From: Chrysomallon squamiferum
Taxonomy: Eukaryota > Animalia > Mollusca
Length of the DNA stretch: 64,000 nt
Reading direction: 5' to 3'
Assembly (NCBI GenBank): GCA_012295275.1
Contig: CM022672.1
Coordinates: 28,706,001 to 28,770,000 of the forward strand
Numbering within the stretch: the stretch's first letter is position 1; every line of letters begins with the position of its first letter. Below the pieces are notes generated by a model. It had not been told where the DNA came from, searched no databases, and saw only the letters and a program-made list of their open reading frames with translations. A program made the position numbers and the translations under genes. Below are positions 36,991 through 50,139 of the stretch, one piece after another.

Positions 36991-38376
36991 TATAGCAAAA
37001 ATAAAAAATAACAAATATGGCACTGTGGAAATACAGAAAAAAAACAGCAGCCAATGTTTTCTCATTGTTATTGGTATAATTAACTCTTAGGGCATGTTAA
37101 TGTTCTAGGAATTAAATCTTTTGATTTTTATAAAAAATTTATTTTCTTCTACATCTAATGGATGCTTCCCGTTATATTTGGTATTAGGTGAATTTTATGG
37201 GGAACAAAGCAAAAATTCTAATAAAAATCATTTAAGAAAAAAAGAACAAAATCCATATTTAAGAATGAATGAATGAATGAATAAATAAAATAAAATAAAA
37301 TAAAATAAAATAAAATAAATTTAAAAAATAATAAAATTAAATAATTTTTTTACAAAATAACAATTTTAAAACAAGAGAAACAAAAAGAAACTTCAGTCAT
37401 GGAATAATGTTATTTTTCATTCAGCATTCATTAATTTCTGTCACCTAACAGTACAATGTTCTATGATGTGCAGCTGAATGATCTCAGTACCAGAAATAAA
37501 TGATAATAAAATTAAAAAGAAAGAAAGAAATGAAAAAACACGTGTCTCTTTTAGCACAATTAGTTAATTATTATTCTTAAACTGTAATAATTATTCAAAA
37601 ATAATGTGTGAGCAGGAATATATATATATATATTAAGAGATAGTCTGTGAATTATCGTATTTTAAAATTGTATAATAGTTTTAGCAAATATTGCCACTGG
37701 AAATACAGCAGTGTTACGATTTTAAATCCCAGCTACGTGTTATATTCATTTAAATACTAAAATATTTTCAAAATAACAACTAACTGATTTTAAATGTTGA
37801 TTTCTTCACGAGCGTAGGATGTAACCAAGCTATAACATTGTAAAAATATTTGACACTTAGGCTAAATTTCCATGAATAAATATTTAAAAATATTATCGTG
37901 AACTTTAGCTTTTCGAATATAAGTACAGAAATTATAAATGAAATGAGATTGTTTAAATAACTGAAGAATAAAAAAAATCTTCGCTGAAAACTGCTGAAGC
38001 CGATGACAAGTGCACCGACCAAAATAGGCCTATCTTATAATTGTTTATGTCAACAGGACTTTTATGAGCAAAATATTGTATAGTTATATATGTAAAACAA
38101 ATTTTATATCTTTTAGGTTTTCAGACTATAGTAGTTTTGGGTATTTAGATTTGTTTAAGAAGGTTAGAAGACAAATAAATAAATAAATAAAACCGCATTA
38201 ACCGTTTTTATCGTAAATTGCAGAACTTAACAAAACTTCCTTTCACAGAATGGACATTAGAAAACATTGTCAACATTTAATGGTAGATTTCCTCGGTGTT
38301 TTGATTATTGATTTGCCCAAAGAAATTTCACATGGTCATTTCTTGTTGGTTATAATAAAGAAATGATGATGGGATA

Positions 38377-38378
<2 letters not shown>

Positions 38379-38426
<48 letters not shown>
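38379..38426. repeat. (CA)n microsatellite
   Basis: Perfect dinucleotide run. Confidence 0.95.
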
Positions 38427-38428
<2 letters not shown>

Positions 38429-39477
38429 TAAACTGAATGCTGTTTAGTAAGACAGCCTCTTCAAACAATATGAAATAAATGATTCCACATACCTGCTTGT
38501 CTTGGCCTTCTGTTCGGAAGAGATTTCTTAAACCAGAAATCGTAGTCATCAATTTCTCTCTGATCTGTATAAAACAGATGATACTTACATTTAAAACACA
38601 CATACACACACACACACACACACACAATAAAAAAATTAGATTCTTTGAACTGAAAGTTCCTGTTTTTTCGTATAGTCAATATAGGTTGCAGGGTTGGATT
38701 TAATGTGCTTGCTGCCATAGGCCCCCTCCTCAAGGCTCAAGTCCCCCTCACCCTTCCCACTTAGTTATATAATATGAATGGTTATAACTTATGATCTAGT
38801 TGAAAGCAAAAACATGGTTTTACATTTACATAATGATTTATTTATATATCAAATGTGAAAATACGAATTTATGTAACATTGACTGCCGCCCCAATCATGC
38901 TGCAGCCCTAGGCACTAGCCTAGAAAGCCTATATGGGAAATCCGGCCCTGTCCTGTTAGGCCACATAATTAATTATACCACCAGTTGTTGCCCAGCGTTA
39001 AATGTCTCATTCTTTTTATTAATTTTGAAATGGCCTGATCAAAAAGGATTAAATAAATATGATAAATATGGTTAATATGATCATTTCTTTCTTTAAATAA
39101 AATCATGCTTGTTATCAGATAATAATTATAATAATTCGAAATATTATCTATGTTACTCGTGCAAGCAGCAACGTTTTATTAATCCGGTTAGTGGTTTTAA
39201 GTTTTGTATTAAACCCCATTATTTTTGGAAACAACTATTATTTTCTCTTTGAATATGGGAAATAAATAAATTATTTATTTATATCAAAGAAAAAAAAAAG
39301 TCAAACCATTATGTCAGGTTGTTTTTAAATGCATTACTTTAAAATGCACGAAAATCAATGAAAACACTATAAATATTATTCTAGACCTGTTAAATAATGT
39401 CTAGCCTTATTTTTTTTTCTTTGACATATTTTCGCTTTTGAGAAATGTACGAGTTCGTTAAAACTACATACATACAT

Positions 39478-39658
39478 GCATCGCTGTAACTAGACTCTTT
39501 TTGAAATGAGGCAATAAGACTTAATCGCTGAGCGGAGCCAGAAGTCTTGGACCCGCCTAAGACCCCCACAAGCTTCGACTTGAAAGAATAGAGATTTATA
39601 GTTTATATTTTTTAAATAAAATCTTTGTATATAAAAAAAAAAAATAATAATAATAAAA

Positions 39659-39706
<48 letters not shown>

Positions 39707-39783
39707 AATAAATAAATAAAAAATAAATTGTCAAATTCGGTATGAGGTATTTGCCTTATTTGCCTCAGTGTAGTTACGGCCAC
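39478..39783. mobile_element. Short MITE-like repeat; diverged second copy at about 30480-30705
   Basis: Termini catcgctgtaactag / tagttacggccacg; the 30480 copy begins catggccgtaactagact and shares gaatagagatt...aaataaaatctttgtat...ttcggtatga. Confidence 0.55.
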
Positions 39784-39819
<36 letters not shown>

Positions 39820-39886
39820 AATCATGGCAACTGTTCGGGATAGGTATTAAATTATTCTAACAGCTAGTGTTGCTCTCCCTTCTCTC

Positions 39887-39889
39887 TCT

Positions 39890-39963
<74 letters not shown>
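39887..39963. repeat. Compound (TG)n(AG)n microsatellite
   Basis: Visible dinucleotide runs. Confidence 0.95.
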
Positions 39964-39964
<1 letters not shown>

Positions 39965-41011
39965 TTTACGCAGAAGGAAAAAAGTAAACGATCTGATTAG
40001 TTATAAAAATAATAAAGTTTAAGTACGAAAACTGTTGGATATATATACTTATGTTAGCTAATTGCAGACATGGTTGCTCTTAAATTAAATAAATTTAATT
40101 ATTTACCAGACATTCAAAACTTTAATAAATCCGGGTGAAGATTTGCGTTTTCAGTCCTCGCCTATTGTGATGACGTCAAACAATTGTACAGTTCATTAAT
40201 CACGGTACCATTTCAATGCACTTGTTACATAGGCTATGTGTCAGATTGCCAATAGTCATTTATACGTCTTGTAAAGGTTAAGTCAAATGTTTAAGTCACA
40301 ACTGAAAAATATATCAAATGAATGTGAATTGCCATCGTGATTTCTATTGTTATTTTATCAGAATAAAATTATTACCTAAAAATATTATCTTAGATACAGA
40401 CCTACTTTTGTGCAGAGAGCTGGAAAAATGAAAATGAATTATCATCATCTGATTCTAAAAGGATATAACTGACGATAGAAAACCTTTCCATGGTCACAGA
40501 ATACTTAGAAAATTTTATTTTATTATATATAATAATACTGTCATCATCATCATTTTTTAATTTATATTAAAGTATGTGTGTCATTTGTTCTTGTTATTGA
40601 ATTATTTTTACTTGATAGTAATAGGTACTGGCACCCAAAATAGCATCTTGGAACAACAAATACAATTTTCTTTTTTTCTTTTTTTTTTTTTTTTTCTAGT
40701 TTTATTAGATCCATTTACAATAAATAAATAAATAAATTTAAAAAGAACAGTAAACAAAAAAAGAAAAGAAACAAACAACAAAATCAAAGAACGAAAAAAA
40801 AAAATAATAATAATAATAAAAAAACTGCCCATCTTTACGACATAAATTTTTTTTTAAATTTAATTTAAATTCACAGTTTTTAGGTTATGCTGATTTTGGC
40901 ACCTTGTATCTTTCACTGTTTTATATATAAATTCAAACACCATTTTGTTTAAATGAAAAGAAATGTTACAATGCCCACTTCAAACCATAAACATAGTATA
41001 TTGATTTAGAG

Positions 41012-41872
41012 CAGTGATTCTCAACCAGTGTGCCGCGAGATCTTCGTAAGTGTGCCGCAAAATTTTGTAGAAAAAGAAAATCCAAATCTCATTCGTACTA
41101 ATTGCTTTCTACATAGAGAAGTTCTTGTTTCAAAAATATCGCTGGAAGATTTAAAGGTTATTGGAATGGTCAATTATATAAAAAGTAGACCATTGAACTC
41201 ACGATTATTTGAACAACTGTACAAAGAGATGGACTCTCAGCATGTTAAGTTATTAATGCACACTGAGGTTCGCTGGCTGTCGAAAGGCAAAGTACTAAAT
41301 CGTGTTCACGAACTGCACAAGGAATTATTATCATTTTTTCTCTCCAGGAAAAGCAGGAGAAATTCTGTGAATACCTTAGTTGCGTCTTTGGATGTCTAAA
41401 ATGGAATACCTAACAAATATTTAGTGAACTAAATAAAACAAACAGTAGTATGCAAGGTAAAAACGAAAATATTCTCACTTCAGCAGACGAGTTAAATTGT
41501 GATTCAAAAAGAAAATTGTGATTTGGAAAAAAAGAGCAATCACTGGCAGTCTTGATATATTCCCTTTGTTGCGTTCTAACTGCATTAGAGGAATGTTCCC
41601 TATTGTGTTTACTCATCTGACAGGCCTGGACGAAAGCATCAACAATTACTTTCCGTCATTAATGACAGAAAGGTATGATTGGATTAGAGATCTTTTCATA
41701 AATCATTCTTCCAATATTGATCTTGACTTACAGTTGTGTGCTGTCCATGACTTGCCATGTTTTTATTTTGAAAAATTCAAATATTTTTCATATATATATA
41801 TAGCCAGGTGTGCCGCTCTTTTTTCGTGTGTTTTGAGGAGTGCCTCTGGCAAAAAAATGTTGAGAACCACTG
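41012..41872 (+). mobile_element. hAT (Charlie/Buster-like) internally deleted DNA transposon
   Basis: TIRs cagtgattctcaac / gttgagaaccactg, perfect 8-bp TSD ATTTAGAG; transposase fragment CFLHRE...VNYIKSRPLNSRLF...LLMHTEVRWLSKGKVL with frameshifts. Confidence 0.92.
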
Positions 41873-42299
41873 ATTTAGAGCGTGGTTCAAATGACTGAAC
41901 TCATCTGCAAGGCAAGATATGATTCACTTCACCAGTTTATTCTAACTGTGCAATATGCTTATAAAGCTAACTATATTTTAGTATGTGTTTTTCAAGAGCA
42001 TTAGCAAGTTATTGAGGATTTCCAGTTTCCACATGAGTCTGTTTGGCGTTAACATCTGATAACTTTCAGTATGTATCAGTTTATGAGCTCTTCACCAAAA
42101 CGCTGTTTCCTTCAGCTTTATTTTTTATTATTATTATTTTTTTTATTATTATTTAATTTATTGATTTATTTAAATCATAAGGAAAGCTTTTATGAAAGCG
42201 TGCAGATTTTCATCAGAATACACTGAAATGTAGGTTATGAAAACAAACTAATGTTAGACAAACTAAAACTAGCTAAAATTCCCAACAGCGTATACAAAT

Positions 42300-42790
42300 T
42301 CACTTGCTTTAAATCACCAACATCAACTTTCTCGAAAAAGAAATATGAACATTTTTAACATCTGGAGATCAAAAAAGTTATTAATGCCGCTTTTATCGCT
42401 TCATTCTATTATTTTCAAGGTGAGTCTCATAATGCACTTGTTTTTAAGATTCAGAAATAGAATTTTGTTCGAATTAAAAAAGAAACATCTATGGTGCTAA
42501 AGATGAGACTGTTTTTTAACGAGAGACAAAGATGTGCGCATAGCTCTTTGGCACATGCTGAATGGGTCTGTGAATACCGGTACGTGGAATCCGTTGCAGC
42601 AACGTCTGATGCTCGGAGTCACGCTGAAGTACAGGTCTGCCCAGTTCCTCCAAAATGTTAGATATTGCGATTTGGATGGACATGGCAACACATTAATGTT
42701 CTTATTATGCAGAAAATCCTTTTTTACACGTGCCACATGCGGCCTAGCACTGATCTGCTGAAAGAGTTGTTTCTGTCGAATCATTGCTAC
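42300..42790 (-). mobile_element. Tc1/mariner transposase C-terminal relic
   Basis: FQQISARPHVARVKKDFLHNKNINVLPCPSKSQYL is a degenerate FQQDNARPH...WPSKSPDL motif; boundaries approximate. Confidence 0.75.
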
Positions 42791-44335
42791 TGGATTCTTA
42801 GAAATACTACTGCTTTTATCAGTTAAAAAATTAAAGGTATAAAACACATCTTTTATTTGTGAACCATTTATAAATATAATAAAAACTTTATAAATGAATG
42901 GACGATTTGTTTAGTTACGGGACTGACCCTCTTGGGATGTGTCTATATAATCCGTTTCTATCAGATCAACAATTGTTATTGTTATTTGTTAAAACAAATC
43001 TTTGTTACAGTTGTATTGGTCCACGTATTCAAACAACATGGTGAAACAAAAATGTAATTGCTCTTGGAATTATGGGACATCAGTTTGATCGCAAGTACCT
43101 ATTTTGTGCAGTCGTCGTGGGTCACAAAGGCATGAATGGTGAACATAGGCATGAAAGGTTTCCATATAACAACGCTTCTACATTAATCATTGTACATGTG
43201 ATTTAAAAATTTAAAGAGATCCACCTCTTAATAATAGCTTTATCTTCACGAGTACCTGTCTTTAAAAAAAAATGTCAAAGGTGATAAATTAACACGTCAA
43301 AGTGACCTTTACAGCAGACTATCATTTGCATACAAAGTAATGACCTAGCCATGCCTTACAATAACAATATTAATGTAACTATAGCAATAGCTGGCATTTT
43401 ATAAATAAAGGATTTCGCTGTATTTTAATTTTTTACCCAGCACTTCATTTTATCTTTTAATTAAGGTCAACTTAGTAATAATAATGATAATATGAACAAC
43501 AACAACAATAATAATAACAATAACAATCATAAAGAGGTGCATTTCTATGTATTCATTACCAAATGCCGGCCGAGATTACCGAAATCCGCACCCCTCTGGC
43601 GGAGAACAGCTAAGCCGGACATTTGGTTGGATATCGCTGGTACTCCACCACAGAAATGAGGTCTGTACCGTTTTTGGCTAAATTGTTACGTTTAGAATAC
43701 TCATTTAACAATAACTTTGGCTTTTGATTCCTTTAGATCGGTCATTTTCGAGTTAACTGATACCTTAAAAAGTACCTTACGAAGTCCGAAGTTACCCCTA
43801 ATTTTATATATCCATCAGTACCAGTCTTATACCAGAATTGCACGTGTATTCGCAAAAATCTAACTAGTTCATGCCGTTTCCAGCAATTGCGTTAAATTTG
43901 TTTTAGGGTGCATTTGGGCATTCTGAACCATTCCAGGAACATTAACGAACATGGTCATTCAGCAGCATTGTACCAGAACCCCCCCCCACACAAAACCAAC
44001 AACGATATTTTGTAAAATAAAACACTTCTTTACCTATCAACTGTGCGTTTCTCTTTTTTTGACGGAGTGTATATAAACCCTTCAAGCAGGTTTATTTGGC
44101 AGGGAAATGACAGTTCTCAGGCTTCAGGTTGAGATATATAAACAAGTTTTTCACAAAGTGCTGACAATTGTGAATTTAAAGGACTGTTCAGTGAATTTAT
44201 AACGATTTGTTTAAACGTTGATATACATCTATATATCTATATATATATATATGTATGTATATGTATCATTTATTATATATTTATTGTCTACCTGATCAGT
44301 TTGTTGTTTGTTGAAAGGGAAGTAAGTGAAGTGTA

Positions 44336-44440
44336 ATCACGTGATATCCTTTGCTCATGTAGCTGAAAATGGCGTAGCTGTAGTTAATAATTTCATAAAG
44401 AAGCAGCATTTTGTAACAAGTATTTGCTTCAGTTAATGCG
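44336..44440 (+). promoter_or_regulatory. Probable core promoter / non-coding first exon of gene B
   Basis: Palindromic E-box ATCACGTGAT (44336-44345), YY1-type AAAATGGCG (44366-44374), donor gcg|gtaaga at 44441, acceptor ttcacag at 44728 just before the ATG. Confidence 0.5.
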
Positions 44441-44613
44441 GTAAGATAATAGATAAATCCTAAACTGTTTAATTAAGTCTGTAAGTTTTCTTATTTAAAA
44501 AATATTTTATAGTTAATTTTTTGGTGACTCAGAAAACGTTAATGGTGCGGACAAAGAACCGGTATTTACCGCAAAGTCAAGTAAACGTAGTAAACGTTTC
44601 TTAAATATTTTAT

Positions 44614-44655
<42 letters not shown>

Positions 44656-44750
44656 TTTTTTTAAAAATTATAGTTAGAATTCAGTAATCAGATCATTACA
44701 TTCTTTTCATTTTTGTTGTTTTTCACAGATCTCAGTTTTAACTGGACATA

Positions 44751-45387
44751 ATGGATAAACAGTATTCTGTGAAATTCTTTACTTCATTTGTTGAAGCAAT
44801 GCAAAAACTGTGCCGTGAATATTTAGACTTTGAGCAGGGTGTTGAATTGAGTGGTTACCTGGCTGTAGAAATAGACAATTTCAAAAAGGAAAGATATGTG
44901 CTTAGTGAACTTGTTCAAAGTACTGGAAATGTTATTAGTGAGAGTTATTGCACAAAAGCTTTCAAAACATTGAGAAAAGAAATACCACCCAAAATTAGTA
45001 ACATGCACGGAAGTGAGAACATTGCTCCAAGAGACCATATGACAAGAACAGGAAGATCACATTCTGAAGAAGTTACAATAGTTTTAAGAGACAGTCCAGA
45101 AACAGTCTCACATCATGCTAATTATCAGCTTCATACAACCCCTTTCAAATCATCAAATCAGAAGCATTCCTTTAATCAGAATCCACATGTTCAAACATCT
45201 AGTCATCACAGAGACAGTTCATATGGGTTGTCACCCTCAAACAAGCAACAACTACCTTTTGAAATCCAGCCAAGGTGTTCAGAAAGTTTACAGGCTCTGT
45301 CTAATCTTTCACCAAAAGCTGTAATATCACAGAAACGCAGTATTATGGATACTGATGCTTCAAGTATGAGTTCTGCACCTAAAAGAG
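44751..45387 (+). CDS. Gene B constant coding exon 1: conserved N-terminal domain (72 of the first 77 aa identical to gene A) plus linker
   Basis: ORF 44751..45398; donor G|gtatgc in the same phase and context as gene A (KR G| vs KK G|). Confidence 0.9.
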
Positions 45388-46146
45388 GTATGCTGTAGAT
45401 TAATTTAATAAAACTCTTTGTAAAGCCATTTTAATATTAGCAAACTTATGTTTGTTTCTGAGTTATTTTAATCAGTTGTTGATAATGAATCTGTAATGTT
45501 TACACACTGGTGACAATACATGGTCCTGACATGTCAGTATGTCAATTTCCTTATGGGCAAAATTAACCAACATTTATGTGAAACTAGATGCAGATTATTA
45601 AATCATTTAAATATATCAAATATTATTGTAGGTTTTTTCAAATCCAAGAAAAAAATGAAAAAAAGAATTCATGCTTGAAATTTTTATTATTTGTGTATTG
45701 TAGTTAGTCACTTAGTGCTATTATAGAACAGTTATTCTATCATTATCATTACTAATGAGCTGTGTTTTGCTTTAAATTATATGGTTTCCTTTCAAATGGT
45801 AATTTACTATTTATACTTGTCTGAAAATCATTTAAGCCAAGTGGCTTGAAACTAAACCCCCTCACACACATAAACAATATGAATGATAATAAATTTAATA
45901 ACATAATCATTTTAGACAGCATCATGTAAATGTAAAGCAGTGTCGCTCATGTGGAAATTAGCTTTAAGTCAAGATCAGCTTAGGGTGAGATTGACATCCA
46001 CCAACAAATCAACCAGTTTTCATACATTTTAAAGTATTCCTTAGCTAAAAGTAGTTGCCATTTTAATTCAGGCATAAACATTTTAATTATGTCTTTTTTC
46101 AAAACGTTCTTTTATATTTATTGTATAATGTATGATTAAAGCTTTT

Positions 46147-49000
46147 GGGTCATTCCGTGTCAAATCACCCAATGGTTTAAACCCGACCGTCTCAGATTTT
46201 TATGAAACTTGGTATACTTGTTGACTGGGATCCCACAACACCAAATCTGAAATTTTAGCTCAATCAGACCAGTGATGTGGGAGATACGGCCCACCGAATT
46301 TTGAGATTTTTGCCAAAAATGGGTGTGACCACCAACCTTAGAACCCTCATATCTTAGGAACTACTGGGCCAATCTTCATAAAATTGGTATTGTTAGAAAG
46401 GCAAAATGACAAGGATACCAAATCTGCCATTTTCGTTTAGTTTGGAAAATATTGGAGTACCTTGACCTTTTGACCTTTGCTATGACCTTGAAATTGACTG
46501 TGTGGATCACGTGATCTTGAGATAACCTTTATTGAAATTTAATCTCCCACATGTTAACTAAAACATATAAAAGTTTCCTGGGTGTAATATTTTTTGTTTA
46601 GCCACAATATAGATTTAAAAAATGCACATACATGAAAATAACACCTTTTCAGCCATTAACATCTGATTAACTAAAACCTGAATGATCAATTCTGGATGCT
46701 AGGAATCACCATCTCTCTTGATCATCAAGTAAGACATTGTAGGCCTACATGTATGCATAAAGTTCACATATAAAAGTTTCCTGGGTATAATATTTTTTGT
46801 TTAGACATAATAGAGATTTAAACAAATGCATACCTGCATGGATGATTGATACAACGCATTACAATGTACATTTTCTCTGATACTAAAAACACATCTTTGG
46901 AGTTAAAACCCACCTGACATGTCTGAAGGAATGCATGAAGGATATGAAAAGATGCCAAATGGCATGACATGTTCTACACAATCAGGCTCAAAGGGTTAAC
47001 AGGAAGTGATGCTTCAGGCAGGTCAGGAACTCCTTTAGATTCCCTGGTGCAATCCCCATTGAGCACATGGCAATTAGAAGTTTAAGACAAAGAAGTTTCT
47101 GCATCTGCATTTCTTTGACAATCTGAAGCTTTTTAAGTTGGACACAATGTCAGATGTTGATATATAAACAATATTTTTATTTCATAAAACCTATTAAGTA
47201 ATTTTATCATGTCATGTGGGCCTTGCCATTGGTTTTGAACAAGGTTTCAGTCAACAACAGTACAACCCAGTCTGAAATTAGACGTCATCAAGTGATGTAC
47301 TGCCTAATGTATTTGTACACCCAGTCTTCGGCACAGAGTATGAACAAGGTCTACTTCACCTTAATAAACTGTGATTTATACTTGAGAAGATTGACATAAA
47401 TGCCCAAGACTTGTGGGCCTTTGGCAATAACACATGTACTCTGCTGCCATTTTATGACCTGCTTAACTTTACTGAAAGGGTTTCAGGATTTGATTTAATA
47501 TTTAGGAAAGCACTGACTTTGTTCTATTGAATTGAAGGTGCAGGCCAATACTGAAAATCCTTATTTCTTCCAGGGCTAACTGCAGTTTTAACTCTCCTGA
47601 AAATGTGTGTTATCAACACCATCATATCAAAAAGGAGTTGTTGCGAAGTGTATGGAAAACTGAGGAAGTCGAACTCCTCACTCTTTGAAGTGGGATCAAA
47701 ACACAGGACATCAAGAGTATCATGAACAAGAACTTTTCGTCAAATTTTCAACATTGCAGAAAAACTGTTGTGATCCCCTTAATCGCCACCCTGAGCAAGC
47801 ACACACTAGATCTTTAAGAATTGTTAGCATGGGCACTTACAAATGCTTAGTAAATCCTCCAAAGACACTAGTGCCAGGAGACAAGTTGTGCTGTGACTGT
47901 CTGATTACCCTTCAGAAATCAAAGGTCCTGCAGAGGATGGCTTTAGTATGGGTGGTATTACAATGGGAGAATTTGACGATAACTTGCCAGACAAACCGCT
48001 GGTTGTTGTTTCCCCAGAAAAGGACTTTGATTTGAATTCTATTCTGTCGAGTTTAGGCGAAACTCCTGTCAAACTCCATTCACTAGCACATTCCAGTAAA
48101 TGAATGAAAGGACAGAAAAAAAACTAGCATCAGCTACAGTAACATTAAAATGACATGTTAATGTCTGAATCCTACCCAGAGTGTGTGCAAATCTTGATTT
48201 TGTCACCCTTTACCATTGAAAGGACAATGAATTGAAGGAGGAAATAATCCAATTTTATGAAAGTGATGAGAACAGTAGAAGGTGTCTGGGAATGAAGGAT
48301 ACAGTGATCATTTGAAACAAACATAGTGAGAAGGTTAAGCATCAGAAACACCTAGTTCTCTCAAATTTATGTGAACTTTATGCATACATGTAGGCCTACA
48401 ATGTCTTACTCGATGATCAAGAAAGATGGTGATCCCTAGCATCCAGAATTGATCATTCAGGTTTTAGTTAATCAGATGTTAATGGCTGAAAAGGTGTTAT
48501 TTTCATGTATGTGCATTTTTTAAATCTATATTGTGGCTAAACAAAAAATATTACACCCAGGAAACTTTTATATGTTTTAGTTAACATGTGGGAGATCAAA
48601 TTTCAATAAAGGTTATCTCAAGATCACGTGATCCACACGGTCAATTTCAAGGTCATAGCAAAGGTCAAAAGGTCAAGGTACTCCAATATTTTCCAAACTA
48701 AACAAAAATGGCAGATTTGGAGTTCTTGTCATTTTGCCTTTCTAACAATACCAATTTTATGAAGATTGGCCCAGTAGTTCCTGAGATATAAGGGTTCTAA
48801 GGTTGGTGGTCACACCCATTTTTGGCAAAAATCTCAAAATTTGGTGGGCCGTATCTCCCACACCACTGGTCTGATTGGGCTAACATTTCAGATTTGGTGC
48901 TGTGGGATCCCAGTCAACAAGTATACCAAGTTTTATAAAAATCTGAGATGGTCGGGTTTAAATTTCTTTTTTTGGGGGGTGATTTGACATGGAATGACCC
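46147..49000 (+). mobile_element. Sola2-like non-autonomous DNA transposon, copy 2 (in the first coding intron of gene B)
   Basis: Near-identical to 24737-27608; about 620-bp TIRs; 4-bp TSD TTTT. Confidence 0.85.
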
Positions 49001-49526
49001 TTTTTCAAAATATTTGCTGTGTTCTTTTTCCAGCATATATTTGAAATTTGATTAAAAAGACTTCCATTTTTTAATTCATAATAGGCCTAATTGTTCATTT
49101 ACAGATACTTTACTTTAATGTGGAAATTAAATATTTCAAAAGTTGATTAAAAAAAAATAATTTTTAAAAACCCACATGATGCTAATATTAGGTAAATATT
49201 ATATTACCCAAAGAATTGTCACAAACAGCATATATCAACAATAAACATAAATACTTTTTAATGTCATTACATTTGTGGAATTAGCTGTCTGATCATTTTA
49301 TAATTTAATATTAGGTACAGATTGATGAAAATGCTTAATTTGAAACAATTTGATCATGCTTTATATAATCTAGTAGAAATATTTGAAATATTATGTTTGA
49401 TAAAAAATGCCAAAATGAAAAGCTAGAATTTCCTTAAGAAATAATTGGAACCAGAATTAAATTTGAAAACTACACACTGAAAAATCTAATGTACATAATC
49501 ATCAGTCAAATTTTTATATTTTACAG

Positions 49527-49900
49527 ATAAAACGGAATATGTTGAATCTGGGATAGAATCACTACTTGCTGCAACTGAAAACACTCGGGAAAATGTGGAA
49601 TCCTCATTCTCTGCTGCAGTTTCTGCAGCTACTTCAACAGAATCCACTGACACGGGCCATAGCTCTTTGCAACAAGATAATAATGAAAGCCTTAATATGC
49701 CTATTGAAATTGATATTAAACAGGAGAAGGATGATGATTCACCATTCATGATAATAGAAAATCCCAATGATCCAACAGTTAAAATGCTGGAAGCAGAAGG
49801 TGTATTTGGTAGGGATCATGACAGTTCTCAGACTTTGGCTTTAGATACATCCACAAGTTTTTCAGCTGATTCACAAAGTGCAGACAACTGCGAGTTTAAG
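49527..49900 (+). CDS. Gene B constant coding exon 2 (DKTEYVESGIESLLAA...PIEIDIKQEKDDDSPFMIIENP...CEFK)
   Basis: ttttacag acceptor phase 1, AAG|gtattg donor phase 0, 374 nt, in frame with ORF 49595..49942. Confidence 0.85.
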
Positions 49901-50086
49901 GTATTGTTCAGTGATTTTTCTAATGATTTCTTTAAATCATAGAGTACCTGATTTTCAGAAATATTCTTGATTGCTTGTTTGAATTTTTCAGGTGACAGTA
50001 ATTCAGTTGTTTAATGATAGTTTATACTAAATATATGTACGTTAGCCATGTCTATAATAATATCTTTTTTCATTTTGTTTTCATAG

Positions 50087-50139
50087 GATTCAAGGAATGT
50101 CAGTGATAGGGCAGGAATATCATGGGAATCTAGTAATCA
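50087..50139 (+). CDS. Gene B last constant exon (DSRNVSDRAGISWESSN + CA), phase-2 donor to the variable array
   Basis: ttttcatag acceptor, CA|GTAAGT donor, 53 nt. Confidence 0.85.

Noticed and set aside
49992-49997. Possible 6-nt micro-exon (tttttcag|GTGACA|gtaatt) in gene B
   Set aside because: Frame-neutral and plausible, but the signal is short enough to arise by chance and has no counterpart in gene A.
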